Assembly (NCBI GenBank): GCA_043825735.1 | Contig: JBDRRP010000086.1 | Coordinates: 75,046-139,045, forward strand | Reading direction: 5' to 3' | Source: Pseudomonadota bacterium | Lineage (GTDB): Bacteria > Desulfobacterota > Desulfobacteria > Desulfobacterales > JBDRRP01 | DNA length: 64,000 nucleotides | Part shown: positions 37,043 through 45,929 of the stretch, one piece after another | How positions within the stretch are numbered: the stretch's first letter is position 1 | Layout of the letters: each line of letters begins with the position of its first letter | Notes under the pieces: model-generated | What the model saw: the letters and a program-made list of their open reading frames with translations, nothing else | Told to the model about the DNA's origin: nothing | The model's database searches: none | Made by a program: the position numbers and the translations under genes

Positions 37043-37483
37043 TTATTTTGGCTGCAAAGAAGATATTTTGAAAGGATTTTGTACTGTAATGCCGTAGTAT
37101 TGCTGACCATCATTCAGGTCTTCAGAAAGGATCCTTGCACACTGGGATCGTTCGGCTGCGGCGACGATCAGCGAATCCCAATATGAGATCGAATAGCGCT
37201 GGTAAGTATCGATGGCGCGCGTGACCATCGCCCTGTCGATTTCCTGAACCGGCAGGATTTCGAGCGTCCTGATGATTTCCAGCGCTTCGACGGGGGCCAT
37301 TGGCGAACTGATCTTGCGCGTGATGACGTTGAAGAATTCCCCCAGGACTTGGACGGATATAACAGCGTTTTCGTTTTCAATAGACATCCTGAGGATATTT
37401 TCAGCCACACGCTGTTTTGCGCCGTTGTGCGTGTCGTAGGTATAGACGAGCACATTGGTGTCGAGAAAGATCCTATCGGTCAT
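37043..37483 (-). CDS. vapC: PIN-domain toxin, VapC family
   Basis: FLDTNVLVY, QVLGEF, SYWDSLIVAAA, LSEDL. Confidence 0.88.
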   Translation of the reverse strand: MTDRIFLDTNVLVYTYDTHNGAKQRVAENILRMSIENENAVISVQVLGEFFNVITRKISSPMAPVEALEIIRTLEILPVQEIDRAMVTRAIDTYQRYSISYWDSLIVAAAERSQCARILSEDLNDGQQYYGITVQNPFKISSLQPK

Positions 37484-37706
37484 AGAGATCTTCCCTTTTC
37501 CATTGCCGGATCCCCATATCCCGGCTCAGTCTCCGGATGGATTGTTCAAGGGCTTGAATTGTCTCAGATTTTTTGTGGTGGTCTCTATTTGCGATTTCAA
37601 CGAGATACTCTCGTACCATCGCCGTTAACGTCGTATTTTTATCGATGGCCACTTTCCTGACTTTTTTTATGACCTCATCGTCGACACTCAGGGTGATATT
37701 GGACAT
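37473..37706 (-). CDS. Putative antitoxin (ribbon-helix-helix-like N-terminus)
   Basis: 77 aa, NITLSVD...LTAMVREYL, C-terminal WKREDLYDR; overlaps the PIN gene. Confidence 0.8.
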   Translation of the reverse strand: MSNITLSVDDEVIKKVRKVAIDKNTTLTAMVREYLVEIANRDHHKKSETIQALEQSIRRLSRDMGIRQWKREDLYDR

Positions 37707-37828
37707 AGCTACTCACTCCATAAACTCAATGGTTCAGAATGGCCGGGATATGTGTAACACTTATTATGGTTGGGCATTCGAATTTGTCAACCCTTGCCCG
37801 AATAGCCTTAGAATGGTTGGCGGTGTTT

Positions 37829-39241
37829 TCACCGCCGGCGCAACAGGTTTTTGGCGGTGCTGATCTCCACGTAGGAGGCGCCGGCGTCGCTGCCGAAGTT
37901 TCCGGCCAAAACGGTGATCAGGTCATCCTCGCTGAAGTGTTTTTCCTCCAGAAGGCGGCTCAGCGCGGTTTTCAAGAACTCGTGGGTTGAAAGATCAGTT
38001 TCCATAAAGCTGGCGTAAACGCCGAATGACAGGGCCAGTTCGCGCATCACCCGATGGCTGTAACACTGGGCGTAGATGGGGCTCTCCCCCCGGTAGGCCA
38101 CCAGGCTGAGGATGGTCTTTCCGCTGATGCTGTCGGCGATGAGCCCCTTGGTGTTGAGGCGCATGGCCGACTTGACGGCGGCCTTGGCAAGGTAGCTGGT
38201 GACGTTGGTCTCGCCCTCGTAGGGGGTGTTGAAAAAGGTGCTCAGGCTCGTTTCCACCTCATTGGCGATCGTGGCCATCATCTGCACCGCCGCCACCGGG
38301 TAGCGGCCGTTGGCGGTCTCTCCCGAAAGCATGACGGCATCGGTGTGATCGAGGATGGCGTTGGCCACATCGGAGACCTCGGCCCGGGTGGGGCGGGGCG
38401 AAGTGATCATGGACTGGAGCATCTGGGTGGCGATGATCACCGGTTTGCGACGCTCGATACACTTTCTGACCAACTGCTTTTGAATGATGGGGATTTTCTC
38501 GGCGGGCATCTCGATGGCCAGATCCCCCCGGGCAACCATGGCCCCGTAGGCGAGATCCAGAATCTCGTCGATGTTTTTCACGCCCGCATGGTTTTCGATC
38601 TTGGCAATGATTTTGATCTGGCTGCCCCTGGCGTCGAGGAGATCCTGAACGGCGCGTACGTCGGCTTTGGAGCGGACAAAGGAGTGGGCAATGAAATCCA
38701 CTTCCTGGTCCATGGCAAAGGCGATGAATGCTTTGTCCTTTTCGTTGAGTGACGGCAGGTCGGCGATGTGCACGCTGGGCAGGTTGATGCTTTTTCTGCC
38801 CTTGATGACGCCGCCGTTTTGAACTTCGCATTCGAGCGCGCCGTCCGCCTTGCCCACCACGAGCAGCTCGATGTCGCCGTCATCGATGAGAATGCGGTCG
38901 CCGGAGTTCAAATCTTCGGCAAACCGGTCGTAGGTGACGTAGATGCACTCGGGGGTGCTCTCTCGGGTGTGATCCCCCCGAATGAAAACAATGTCGCGTG
39001 CCTTGACCGGGATGCCTTCGGCTGCAGTGGTGGTGCGGATCTCCGGCCCTTTGGTGTCGATCATGATGGCGATACGGTCGGACACCGCGCGCACATTTTC
39101 AATGACGGTGAGCGCCTCTTCGGGGGTGGAGTGGGCGGTGTTGATGCGCACCACGTCCATGCCGGCTTCGTGAAGCTGTTTCAAGAGGTGGGCGTCGCAC
39201 ATCAAACTGGATATGGTGGCGATGATTTTGGTCTTTTTCAT
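37829..39241 (-). CDS. pyk: Pyruvate kinase
   Basis: KTKIIAT, DTKGPEIR, KIEN, MVARGDL, ATQML.SM...PRPTRAEVSDVANA, MLSGETA. Confidence 0.97.
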   Translation of the reverse strand: MKKTKIIATISSLMCDAHLLKQLHEAGMDVVRINTAHSTPEEALTVIENVRAVSDRIAIMIDTKGPEIRTTTAAEGIPVKARDIVFIRGDHTRESTPECIYVTYDRFAEDLNSGDRILIDDGDIELLVVGKADGALECEVQNGGVIKGRKSINLPSVHIADLPSLNEKDKAFIAFAMDQEVDFIAHSFVRSKADVRAVQDLLDARGSQIKIIAKIENHAGVKNIDEILDLAYGAMVARGDLAIEMPAEKIPIIQKQLVRKCIERRKPVIIATQMLQSMITSPRPTRAEVSDVANAILDHTDAVMLSGETANGRYPVAAVQMMATIANEVETSLSTFFNTPYEGETNVTSYLAKAAVKSAMRLNTKGLIADSISGKTILSLVAYRGESPIYAQCYSHRVMRELALSFGVYASFMETDLSTHEFLKTALSRLLEEKHFSEDDLITVLAGNFGSDAGASYVEISTAKNLLRRR

Positions 39242-39478
39242 GATTTTTCCCTTGGTGGAGATTTAGCCGTCTTTATGCGACAAGCTTAATCCGACTGCGG
39301 CCCGTATTCAAGCTGAGAATTGAGACGGCGACTGCGGCGTTCAACCTCCTGGTGCCCTGCGCGGTTGATGCCGTCGGTATCTCGGGCGATATGATGTCAA
39401 CCGGTCCGTCGAGGACGCGCGCAGTTGCCGATGCTGGGAAAACGCTTATTCTTGAAAAACACGTATAATACGCAATTT

Positions 39479-39599
39479 TCTCGCAAAGACGCCAGGTGCG
39501 CAAAAAAATACATTTTTAATATCAATTTGTTGCCTTTTCGATCGCTGCCCTTCGACTTCGCCAAGGGCCGAGCGTCTGTCGAACAGCGGCGTTGCGAGA
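39479..39599. repeat. TCTCGCAAAG...TTGCGAGA palindromic repeat with a nested second repeat
   Basis: Reverse-orientation relative of 478-560 (TCTCGCAAAGACGCCAGGTGCGC...TAATATCAATTT) with an extra CCCTTCGACTTCGCCAAGGG...GTCGAA insert. Confidence 0.6.
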
Positions 39600-39664
39600 G
39601 ATTCACACTTTTTCGAGCCCATCATCCTTGACCCCATCTTTAAACCGAGGGGGATGAAACGCCC

Positions 39665-39883
39665 ATGGACGAAGCGGATATCATCGAAGGCCTCAAAATG
39701 GTTTGCCAGTGCCGGGGGATTCGACAGCGGCGGTTGGTCGAGCACATCGCCGCGGGGCACACCTCACTTGAAATGCTTCAGCAGTTGACCGGTGCCGGAG
39801 CGGGTGATTGCGGCGGCAAGCGGTGTTTGCCGCGGATTTCGGCGCTGTTGGCGGCCGGGGAGGCAACGAATGAACTCACCTGA
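39665..39883 (+). CDS. Bfd-like (2Fe-2S)-binding protein
   Basis: VCQCRGI...TGAGAGDCGGKRC. Confidence 0.78.
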   Translation: MDEADIIEGLKMVCQCRGIRQRRLVEHIAAGHTSLEMLQQLTGAGAGDCGGKRCLPRISALLAAGEATNELT

Positions 39884-41195
39884 AAAGCCCTATGCAGTCA
39901 TCGGTGCCGGCCCGGCGGGTCTGGCCGTTGCCCGTAATCTGGACAAACTGGGTATCCCATTTATCGGCTTCGAGATGGGAGGGACTGTGGGCGGTCTGTG
40001 GAACATCGACGGCCCTCGAAGCACGATGTACCAGTCGGCCCACCTGATTTCATCTCGGGACATGACGGCCTTCAAGGAGTTTCCCATGGGCGCCGACGTT
40101 GCCGATTATCCGCATCACAGTGAGGTCTTCCGCTATTTCCAGGCCTATGCCGAGCACTTCGGGCTCAAGACCAAATATCGGTTCGAGACGGAGGTCGTGT
40201 CGGTGCGTCCGGCCGCCGGAGGCCCAGATGACGGCTGGTTGATCGATGTGCGCCCGGCCGGTGGCAGCAGTGACGGGGCTTGCACCGAGCGGGTCGGCGG
40301 TGTCATCATTGCCAACGGCACCCTGTCGGAGCCCAACATGCCCTCAATTGTGGGCCGCTTCGACGGAAGGCTCATGCATTCGGCCGAGTACAAACGCGCC
40401 GATATCTTCGAGGGAAAGCGGGTGCTGATCGTCGGTGCCGGCAACAGCGCCTGTGACATCGCCGTGGACGCGGTGCACCGGGCGCGCTCGGTGTCGATGA
40501 GTGTGCGCCGCGGCGTTCATTTTGTGCCCAAGTACGTTTTCGGACGGCCGGCAGACACGGTGGGCGGCAAAATCCGACTACCCTTCCGGTTGAAGCAGCG
40601 CATCGACACCGTTCTTCTCAAATGGTTCACCGGCGATCCGCAGCGCTTCGGATTTCCCAGACCGGACCACCGTTTCTATGAATCCCATCCCGTGGTCAAT
40701 TCCCTGGTGCTGCATCATCTGGGGCACGGCGATATCCGTCTTTTCGGCGACATCGTTCGTTTTGAGGGAAAGACGGTGGTTTTTAAGGACGGCAACCGAC
40801 ATGATGTCGATCTGGTACTCATGGCCACCGGATACCGGCTTCACTTCCCGTTTATCGACAACGCCCTTCTCAACTGGCGGGGCGTTTGCCCGCATCTTTA
40901 TCTCAACGCCTTTCATCCCCGATACAACAACCTGTTTGTGGCTGGGATGGTGGAGGCGGCCGGGCTGGGATGGGAGGGGCGAAACGAGCAGGCCGAGTTG
41001 ATCGCACGTTATATCCAAGCCATCGGGCGCCGCACTGCAGCCGCGCTGGCATTCAAGAAAGTGAAACAAGAGCCGTTTGCCGGCATGAACGGCGGGGTGC
41101 CCTATCTCAAGCTCGATCGCATGGCCTATTATGTCCACAAGGATACCTACCGGCGCGCCCTACGCCGGCACATCCGGGAATTGAAGGCGGCATAA
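39870..41195 (+). CDS. Flavin-containing monooxygenase (FMO / class B)
   Basis: GAGPAG, GGLW, FDGRLMHSAEYK (FxGxxxHxxxY fingerprint), GAGNSACD, ATGY; start 39870 overlaps the Bfd-like gene. Confidence 0.88.
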   Translation: MNSPEKPYAVIGAGPAGLAVARNLDKLGIPFIGFEMGGTVGGLWNIDGPRSTMYQSAHLISSRDMTAFKEFPMGADVADYPHHSEVFRYFQAYAEHFGLKTKYRFETEVVSVRPAAGGPDDGWLIDVRPAGGSSDGACTERVGGVIIANGTLSEPNMPSIVGRFDGRLMHSAEYKRADIFEGKRVLIVGAGNSACDIAVDAVHRARSVSMSVRRGVHFVPKYVFGRPADTVGGKIRLPFRLKQRIDTVLLKWFTGDPQRFGFPRPDHRFYESHPVVNSLVLHHLGHGDIRLFGDIVRFEGKTVVFKDGNRHDVDLVLMATGYRLHFPFIDNALLNWRGVCPHLYLNAFHPRYNNLFVAGMVEAAGLGWEGRNEQAELIARYIQAIGRRTAAALAFKKVKQEPFAGMNGGVPYLKLDRMAYYVHKDTYRRALRRHIRELKAA

Positions 41196-41199
41196 TGAT

Positions 41200-41913
41200 T
41201 CACCACCGCCAGGGGATGAGCATGGGCACGCGCCGCCGGTACAGCGCATAGGCCTCACCAAATCGGGTCTCCAGATCGCGTTCTTCCAGCCGGGCGCCGA
41301 TGACGATCCACAGCGACCAGAGCAGGTTGAACAGCAGCCGGTCGGCGGTCACCACTGGACAGGCCCAGATCATCACCAGGGAGAGAAAATACAGCGGGTG
41401 GCGGATCCATCGGTACGGGCCGCTGACCGTGAGCCCTGAGGTGGGCGCACGGGGCGCCTCCCGGCGGCCGATTGCCTGGCGGATGCCAAGACCGTCAAAT
41501 TCCCCGAGGGCTGACACGCTCCATATAAAACCGAGCCCCGCGATGAAAAAAGCGGTTCGCAGCAGCCATGCCCAGGGCGCGGGGACGTTGTAGACAACTG
41601 CCGGCACCGGCTGCCACAGTCCCACCACCAGTGCCAGGGACGCGCCGGCGGCGATGCTGTAAACCGCGCCGAAGACTGGCTCGGGCAAGCGTGTTGACAG
41701 CCGCCGCCGGAACCCGAAGCGGATCATGCCGCTATGCTGGAAAAAGAAAACCAGGCTGATGAGGCCGTTCCATCCCAGGGCGCCCCAGGGGCTCAACCCC
41801 AGCGCCACCAGAGAGAAACCGCCAGCGTAAAGAAATGCCCCGAAAGCCAGTAATGATCCTCCGCCCAGCAGGGCCGAAGCCGAAATCATTATCCATGGTA
41901 TTGCTTTTTTCAT
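41200..41913 (-). CDS. Membrane methyltransferase, MddA/nurim/ICMT-like
   Basis: Multi-TM; FFFQHSGM, LWQP, GPYRWIRHPLY, LEERDL..RFG..Y..YRRRVPMLIP; GGAG-like RBS absent but ATG 41913 opens the hydrophobic domain. Confidence 0.75.
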   Translation of the reverse strand: MKKAIPWIMISASALLGGGSLLAFGAFLYAGGFSLVALGLSPWGALGWNGLISLVFFFQHSGMIRFGFRRRLSTRLPEPVFGAVYSIAAGASLALVVGLWQPVPAVVYNVPAPWAWLLRTAFFIAGLGFIWSVSALGEFDGLGIRQAIGRREAPRAPTSGLTVSGPYRWIRHPLYFLSLVMIWACPVVTADRLLFNLLWSLWIVIGARLEERDLETRFGEAYALYRRRVPMLIPWRW

Positions 41914-42196
41914 TAAATGGCCGCCGCGTGATGGGGTAATGAGGTACCTCCCGGATGCGGCGCCCTGGCACCGCAGGATAACAGAGCCAATATGGTCCCG
42001 AAAACGGGTATGTAAAGTCGCCGATAGACAACACCGGTCCGGCGTTGTGCGCGATTGGGGGGCAAGCGCCATGCTCAAAGGACCAGGCGGGGCGGGGTTT
42101 ATGTCCTCCCTTATTTTCTCAATGTTGTCCTGTTGACGCAGCATCGCCGAGTCGCTTAAACTGGTTGCAACCCAACCCCATACCGGAGGCGCCGCG

Positions 42197-42961
42197 ATGG
42201 ACCCCACCACCAGACTCATCGAGATCATCAACGAAATCGCCCAGGGCAACTACTCCAACGACATTATGCCGCTGACCACAGAGGATCAGCCGGAAACGGT
42301 GCGCGTCATCGCCGAAGCGGTGGGGTTGATGATGGTGAAGATCGAGGTGCGTGAATATCAAAATGAGATGCTCATCGAGGAGCTTCGCCAGCTGAACGAA
42401 ACCATCAAGCAAAACACCATCAAAACGGTTTCTTCAATGGCCGCCGCCCTGGCCGCCCGGGATGAATACACCGAGGGGCACACCCACCGGGTCAGTGAAC
42501 TGGCTGCGGGCATGGCCCGTCACATGGGAATGGCGGATGATGCGGTGGAGCATGTCCGCCTGGCGGGGATCCTCCACGACATCGGCAAGATCGGTTTTCC
42601 CGACACCCTTTTTGAGGATCATGGTGCCAAGGTTCCCAATGAACTGGTGAAGGCCATTACCCGCCACCCTGCCAAAGGCGCTGAGATTTTGAAAGACCTC
42701 GATTTTCTGGGGCCGACGGTGGAGTATGTCCATGACCATCACGAGCGCCCCGACGGCAAAGGCTACCCGCGACACCTGACGGCGGAAGAGATTCCGCTGG
42801 GGGCAAAGATTTTAGCCGTTGCCGACAGTTTTGACGCCATCACCACGGATCGGCCTTACCAGAAGGGGCGCTCGAAGGAAGACGCCCTGGAGATATTGCA
42901 TAAGCTTGCTGGAACCAAGTGGGACTCGCAATGTGTCACCGCGCTGGAGGCGATTCTTTAG
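42197..42961 (+). CDS. HD-GYP domain phosphohydrolase
   Basis: YTEGHT.RV, LHDIGK, HHERPDGKGYP, VADSFDA.TTDRPY. Confidence 0.9.
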   Translation: MDPTTRLIEIINEIAQGNYSNDIMPLTTEDQPETVRVIAEAVGLMMVKIEVREYQNEMLIEELRQLNETIKQNTIKTVSSMAAALAARDEYTEGHTHRVSELAAGMARHMGMADDAVEHVRLAGILHDIGKIGFPDTLFEDHGAKVPNELVKAITRHPAKGAEILKDLDFLGPTVEYVHDHHERPDGKGYPRHLTAEEIPLGAKILAVADSFDAITTDRPYQKGRSKEDALEILHKLAGTKWDSQCVTALEAIL

Positions 42962-42995
42962 ACATCGGTGTATAGACAAACACCGGCTCGCCAAG

Positions 42996-43032
42996 AAAAA
43001 AAGCGCTTTTCCTCGCGGAAAAGCGCTTTTTT
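42996..43032. terminator. Bidirectional intrinsic terminator
   Basis: AAAAAAAGCGCTTTTCC-TCGC-GGAAAAGCGCTTTTTT between convergent genes. Confidence 0.8.
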
Positions 43033-43050
43033 AATTTGGGTCGTGTCGGT

Positions 43051-43251
43051 TTAGACGATTGTGACGTTTTCCGCCGCAGGACCTTTTTTGCCCTGAACGA
43101 TGTCAAAGGTCACGCGGTCGCCCTCGTTGAGGGACTTGAAACCGGTGGCGTTAATGCCCGTGTGGTGAACGAATACGTCCGGTCCGTCTTCCTGCTCGAT
43201 GAAGCCGAAACCCTTGGCGTCGTTAAACCATTTTACAATGCCGTTTGCCAT
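43051..43251 (-). CDS. csp: Cold-shock protein (CSD)
   Basis: [15 protein letters not shown]...DVFVH...GFKSL.EG; AAGGAGG RBS. Confidence 0.96.
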   Translation of the reverse strand: MANGIVKWFNDAKGFGFIEQEDGPDVFVHHTGINATGFKSLNEGDRVTFDIVQGKKGPAAENVTIV

Positions 43252-43734
43252 GCTGCCATCCTCCTTTCATAATAATTTTCTCAAAGTCTCACACTGGAGG
43301 ATGCCGCGCGAACAACGTTGGGGTACCTTCAGACTGAAACCGGCCCGCCGAATAGATGCGAGCCTTTATTGATTGGCGCAATAATAAGTGCAATTTTTGC
43401 AAAAAGCAAGCAAAAAGAGAGAGATGAACTGTGAACGGCCGTGTCCTGGCTCTTGCGGCAAAGGTCAGTGGTCACCGGGGGAGGCCATTTTTACGTGGAA
43501 TCGTTGGTCGGCGCCGAGATCGATATCGTCATTCACTACCTGTGCACCATCCAGTCCAGATGGTTTGAAGGCCAAGCCGGGCCCGACGCTGCAGAAGAGC
43601 AGCGCCAGGGTAATGATGAGCAGACCGCGATAGGACATGGGTGGGTGTTTTCAAGGCCTCATGGTCGGAATCCTCGCGGATGGCCGGCGGCCGGCTGCCT
43701 TTATGAAATGGTGGCGACATGATACGACTGTGGC

Positions 43735-44544
43735 ATGAAGCGGCCTTTACTCACTGAGGCATGGACTGCGGGCCTGTGCGCGTTGGCGTTGCTGGCCGCT
43801 GTCGCTATTGTTGTCGCCGGTTGTGCGGAGCCCCGGCCCGTAAGATCGGCCCCGGCCCCGCCGCCGGCGCCTTCGGCTCTTCCTGAACCAGCGGTGGCGA
43901 CATCGCTGAAGGCCATCCGGTACACGATTCAGGTCGGTGCCTTTTCAACACCGGAGCGCGCCGCCGCCTATCAAGACAAGCTGACGGCCGCCGGTATCGA
44001 TGCGTACTATTTCATCGATACGGACCATCTGAGCAAGGTGCGCTTCGGGCGGTTCGACTCGAAGGCGGCCGCCCGAGATTTTGCCGCAAACCTGGTCGCC
44101 CGTGGCATCATCGACGAATATTATATCGTTCGCCCAAGGCCGCCCACGCCCCGGACGGCACTGCTGACCGCCTTGCGGGAGAGCCTTGTGGATACCGCAC
44201 AACGGTTCATCGGAACCCCGTACCGATGGGGCGGCACCTCGGCCAGGGACGGCTTCGACTGCAGCGGTCTCACCATGACGGTCTATCGATTGAACGGTCT
44301 GGATCTGCCCCGCACCGCCCGCGCTCAATATCGATCGGGGACCGTCGTTTCAAAACAAAAACTCCAGCCCGGCGATCTTGTGTTTTTTCGGGCCGAAGCC
44401 CGTGGACGCATTTCCCATGTGGGCATATACAGCGGCGATGGCCAGTTCATCCACTCCCCAGGCACCGGCAAAACCATCCGCAGCGCATCCCTTTCAAACA
44501 GCTATTTCAGCCGGCATTTTGCCGGGGCCCGTCGATATTTTTGA
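43735..44544 (+). CDS. SPOR-NlpC/P60 lipoprotein (peptidoglycan endopeptidase)
   Basis: Lipobox VAGC; SPOR YTIQVGAFS; GTPYRWGG...GFDCSG...HVGIY...FIHS. Confidence 0.9.
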   Translation: MKRPLLTEAWTAGLCALALLAAVAIVVAGCAEPRPVRSAPAPPPAPSALPEPAVATSLKAIRYTIQVGAFSTPERAAAYQDKLTAAGIDAYYFIDTDHLSKVRFGRFDSKAAARDFAANLVARGIIDEYYIVRPRPPTPRTALLTALRESLVDTAQRFIGTPYRWGGTSARDGFDCSGLTMTVYRLNGLDLPRTARAQYRSGTVVSKQKLQPGDLVFFRAEARGRISHVGIYSGDGQFIHSPGTGKTIRSASLSNSYFSRHFAGARRYF

Positions 44545-44599
44545 CCCGCTGCGTGTGTGCCCGTACCGAAATGGGCTTGCGCGCCTCCGCACTGTAGTC

Positions 44600-45883
44600 T
44601 CAGGCGAAACGACGGATCAATGCTTCAAGATAGCGGCTGGAGACCTGCCGGGTGGCTAGCGTCCGGCGCACCGGAGATAGGCGAAGGATGGTGCCGATAA
44701 CGGCGGCCAGCGTCCGGTGGCTCCAGAGTACCTGGTTGTCGAAGATGAGGTGCTGAAGCGTTCCTCGCTCGATGGCCATGATCACGGCCCGATGAGTGCC
44801 GTTTAGGGGAGTGATGACCCGGGCGGGGCGGCAGGCCAACCGGACGCCACCATCTTTGGGGCAGGCTCTGACGCAGATGCCGCATCCAAGGCAGCGGTCT
44901 TCTTCCAGGCGGGCGGTTTTGCGTTTGGGCCGGGCCGGGTCATTGGCTGAGATGAGCACCATGGCTTCCACCGGGCAGATGGTGACACAGCGGCCGCACC
45001 CATTGCAGACGGCATGATTGACTACCGGGATGAAGTTGGTGGTGTGCACCGGGTGCATGAGGGAAAACCGGCGCGCGGCGATCATGGCTTCGCAGCAGCA
45101 CCCGCAGCAGTTGCAGATAAAGTTGACCCCTTCCCGGATGTTTTCCCCGAACTGGACCAGGTTGTTGTCGTAGGCCTGCTGCAATAGATCCATGGCCTCG
45201 ACGGCATCCACCCCCCTGGCATGACCGTGACGGATCAGGGCCGCGCCGGAGGTGTTGAAGGTCATGCAGATTTCAAGCGGCGCCTGGCAGGTACGGCCCA
45301 CATGCAGCATTTTGTGGCGGCAGTAGCAGGTGCTGATGCCGATGGCGGTGGCTGTAGCGATGACCGCACTGGCCCGCTCGTAGTCCAAAACATGCAGGGA
45401 ATTTCGCTCTGAAAGTGCGGGCTCGTTGACGAAGACGCGTCCCAACTGGGTCTCGCCCCGAGTAAAAAGCTCTCGGACAAAGTCCTCTTCTTCATTGAGA
45501 TATTGATAAAAGAGCGTGCTCAAAAGTTTCTGATCGATGTCGCCCCGCACCCGCATCAGGGAAAACTCGAAAAATCCGGCCATGGGCGGCGGCAGCACGT
45601 AATGGACAGTGCCGTTTTCTTCAAAATCCACCAAAAGCGCACGGTCGGCCAGATTATCGAGAATGCGCCGGGCGGCTACGGTATTCATTTTCCAGATGCG
45701 CGCTGCCCGCGCGGCGGTGAACGGCCGCACCGGCAGCAGTGCCACCAGGGAGGCCTCTGTTTCTTGAAACAGGATCTTGAGGATTTTTAAAAGTAGTTCA
45801 GACGGCGGGGCGCCTTGGGGGTAGCGGTTCAGGCGTTCAGTCAGACGGTGGTATGCGCCGGTGCCGGAAAGATGATGGGCCAT
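44600..45883 (-). CDS. Multi-cluster 4Fe-4S binding protein
   Basis: CYCR, ICNCCGCCC, CNGCGRCVTICP, CLGCGICVRACP. Confidence 0.8.
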   Translation of the reverse strand: MAHHLSGTGAYHRLTERLNRYPQGAPPSELLLKILKILFQETEASLVALLPVRPFTAARAARIWKMNTVAARRILDNLADRALLVDFEENGTVHYVLPPPMAGFFEFSLMRVRGDIDQKLLSTLFYQYLNEEEDFVRELFTRGETQLGRVFVNEPALSERNSLHVLDYERASAVIATATAIGISTCYCRHKMLHVGRTCQAPLEICMTFNTSGAALIRHGHARGVDAVEAMDLLQQAYDNNLVQFGENIREGVNFICNCCGCCCEAMIAARRFSLMHPVHTTNFIPVVNHAVCNGCGRCVTICPVEAMVLISANDPARPKRKTARLEEDRCLGCGICVRACPKDGGVRLACRPARVITPLNGTHRAVIMAIERGTLQHLIFDNQVLWSHRTLAAVIGTILRLSPVRRTLATRQVSSRYLEALIRRFA

Positions 45884-45929
45884 AGCAGTGCTCCCTGAGC
45901 CAAAGCGGTATCATACAAAGAGGTACAGA

